Assembly: GCA_028826165.1 (NCBI GenBank)
Contig: JAPDFW010000106.1
Location: forward strand, 149,491-213,490
Direction of reading: 5' to 3'
Length of the DNA: 64,000 nucleotides
From: Anaeramoeba ignava BMAN
Taxonomy: Eukaryota; Protista; Anaeramoebae
Positions 62,496-64,000 of this stretch are shown here, one piece after another. A program made the position numbers and the translations under genes. The first letter of the stretch is position 1. Each line of letters opens with the position of its first letter. The notes under the pieces were generated by a model, which was not told the DNA's origin, did no database searches, and was given only the letters and a program-made list of their open reading frames with translations.

Positions 62496-64000
62496 ATGGA
62501 ATTTGGAATTTATCATGAAGTTCAAAAAGATGTATTTTCAATTAAAATTAAATTGAGAATTAAATTATAAAATATAAAAATATATAAAAATAATAAATAG
62601 GATGCATTATGTGCAGCTCATTGTTTAAATTCACTTTTACAAGGACAATATTTTTCAGCAGGAGAATTAACTGAAATAGCAGAAACACTTGATGAATTAG
62701 AAAGACAAACAATGGCACAAAATGGAATTGATTCAGTTGATTTTCTTAAATTTATGGCTCAAGATTCAAAAAATGTTGATCTTTCAGGAAATTTTAGTGT
62801 TCAAGTTTTAATTAAAGCTTTAGAAGCTTTTAATATTTCTTTAATTCCTTTATTTCATCCTAGTGAAAAAAATTCAAGAGAAAATCCTCATTTACAAAAT
62901 GCTTTTATTGCAAATTATATGAGTCATTGGTTTACAATTAGGAAGTAATTTTAAATTTTTTATCCGATTTTAATTTTAATTTTAATTTTAAATTTTAATT
63001 TTAAATTTTTAATTTAATTTTAATTTTAATTTTAATTTTAATTTTAATTTTAATTTTAATTTTAATTTTAATTTTAATTTTAATTTTAATTTTAATTTTA
63101 ATTTTAATTTTAATTTTAATTTTAATTTTAATTTTAATTTTAATTTTTAAATGAATTTTATAAAATGAATTTTTAATTTTAATTTTAATTTTAATTTTAA
63201 TTTTAATTTTTAATTTGATTTTGATTTTTATTTTAATTTAATTATAATTTTAATTTTTAATTTTAATTTTAATTTTAATTTCAATTTTAAATTTTTATCC
63301 GATTTTAATTTTAATTTTAATTTTAATTTTTTAATTTTATAAATGAATTTTAATTTTAATTTTAATTTTAATTTTGATTTTAATTTTAATTTTAATTTTA
63401 ATTTTCATTTTAATTTTAATTTTAATTTTAATTTTAATTTTAATTTGAATTTGAATTTTAATTTTAATTTTATAAATGAATATTAATTTTAATTTTAATT
63501 TTATAAATGAATTTTAAATTAAATTTAGATTTGGAGGTTCAATTTGGTTTAATTTAAATAGTTTATTTAAAGAACCAGAATATGTTTCATCAACATTTTT
63601 ATCACTTCTTCTTTCACAATTACAACAAGAAGGTTATACAATATTTGTTGTTAAAGGAATTTTACCAGAATCAAAAGCTGATCAATTTCTTGAAGGATTA
63701 ACTGAACTTCCAAATTATAAAAAATATCAAAAACCAAAACAAAACCAAAAATAGAAAAATGAAAAAGATTCAATTGAAATAAATCCAATTTTAAAAAGAA
63801 ACAATTGAAAAAGTAAAAGAGAAATGATAAAATAAAAAGAAGAATGTAAATTATAATTTTTAAATTAAAAATCGGATAAAAATTAATTTAAATTTTTAAT
63901 TTTTAATTTATAATTTTTAATTTAGTTGATGAACAACAACAAATGGAATTAGCAATTCAACTTAATTCTTCTTGAAATTAATAAAGAAGAGATAACACAG
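62496..64000 (+). CDS. ATXN3: Ataxin-3-like Josephin deubiquitinase, 3' end incomplete or frameshifted
   Basis: MEFGIYHEVQ...LCAAHCLNSLLQG (Cys), GNFSVQVL, SHWFTIRK (His), WFNLNSL (Asn), GYTIFVVKG; UIM-like DEQQQMELAIQL at ~63928-63963. Confidence 0.85.

Overview
Very AT-rich, intron-containing eukaryotic DNA from an amoeboid protist. The (CAAAAT)n=QN coding repeats, BTB/RCC1 gene expansions and an intein in a housekeeping gene suggest Anaeramoeba, but that is inference. About 17 host genes can be assembled by hand: G-alpha, TVP18/Flower-like, glycogen branching enzyme, F-box+multipass membrane protein, ING-type PHD, RCC1-BTB, FGD-like RhoGEF, endonuclease V, GRAM-PH-VASt lipid transfer protein, RasGAP-PH, CTF18, RCC1-U-box, PP1, BTB-TLDc, ataxin-3 and two BTB-ARM genes. 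Highlights: (1) two paralogous BTB-coiled coil-armadillo genes (10772-14022 and ~39317-59806, minus strand) in which every ARM repeat is one symmetric phase-1 exon flanked by near-identical introns, with amino-acid variation concentrated at helix-3 ligand-contact positions, a candidate diversifying recognition/Cullin-3 adaptor system whose ARM arrays the ORF track misses; (2) a ~12-kb Mutator-like transposon (short TIRs, probable TSD, DDE transposase) inside one intron of the larger array; (3) a 343-aa intein with a degenerate LAGLIDADG domain splitting the Walker A motif of CTF18. Most short ORFs in the track are artefacts of simple repeats. Several frameshifts lie in A-runs and may be sequencing errors. 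Exon coordinates were read manually and may be off by a few bases.
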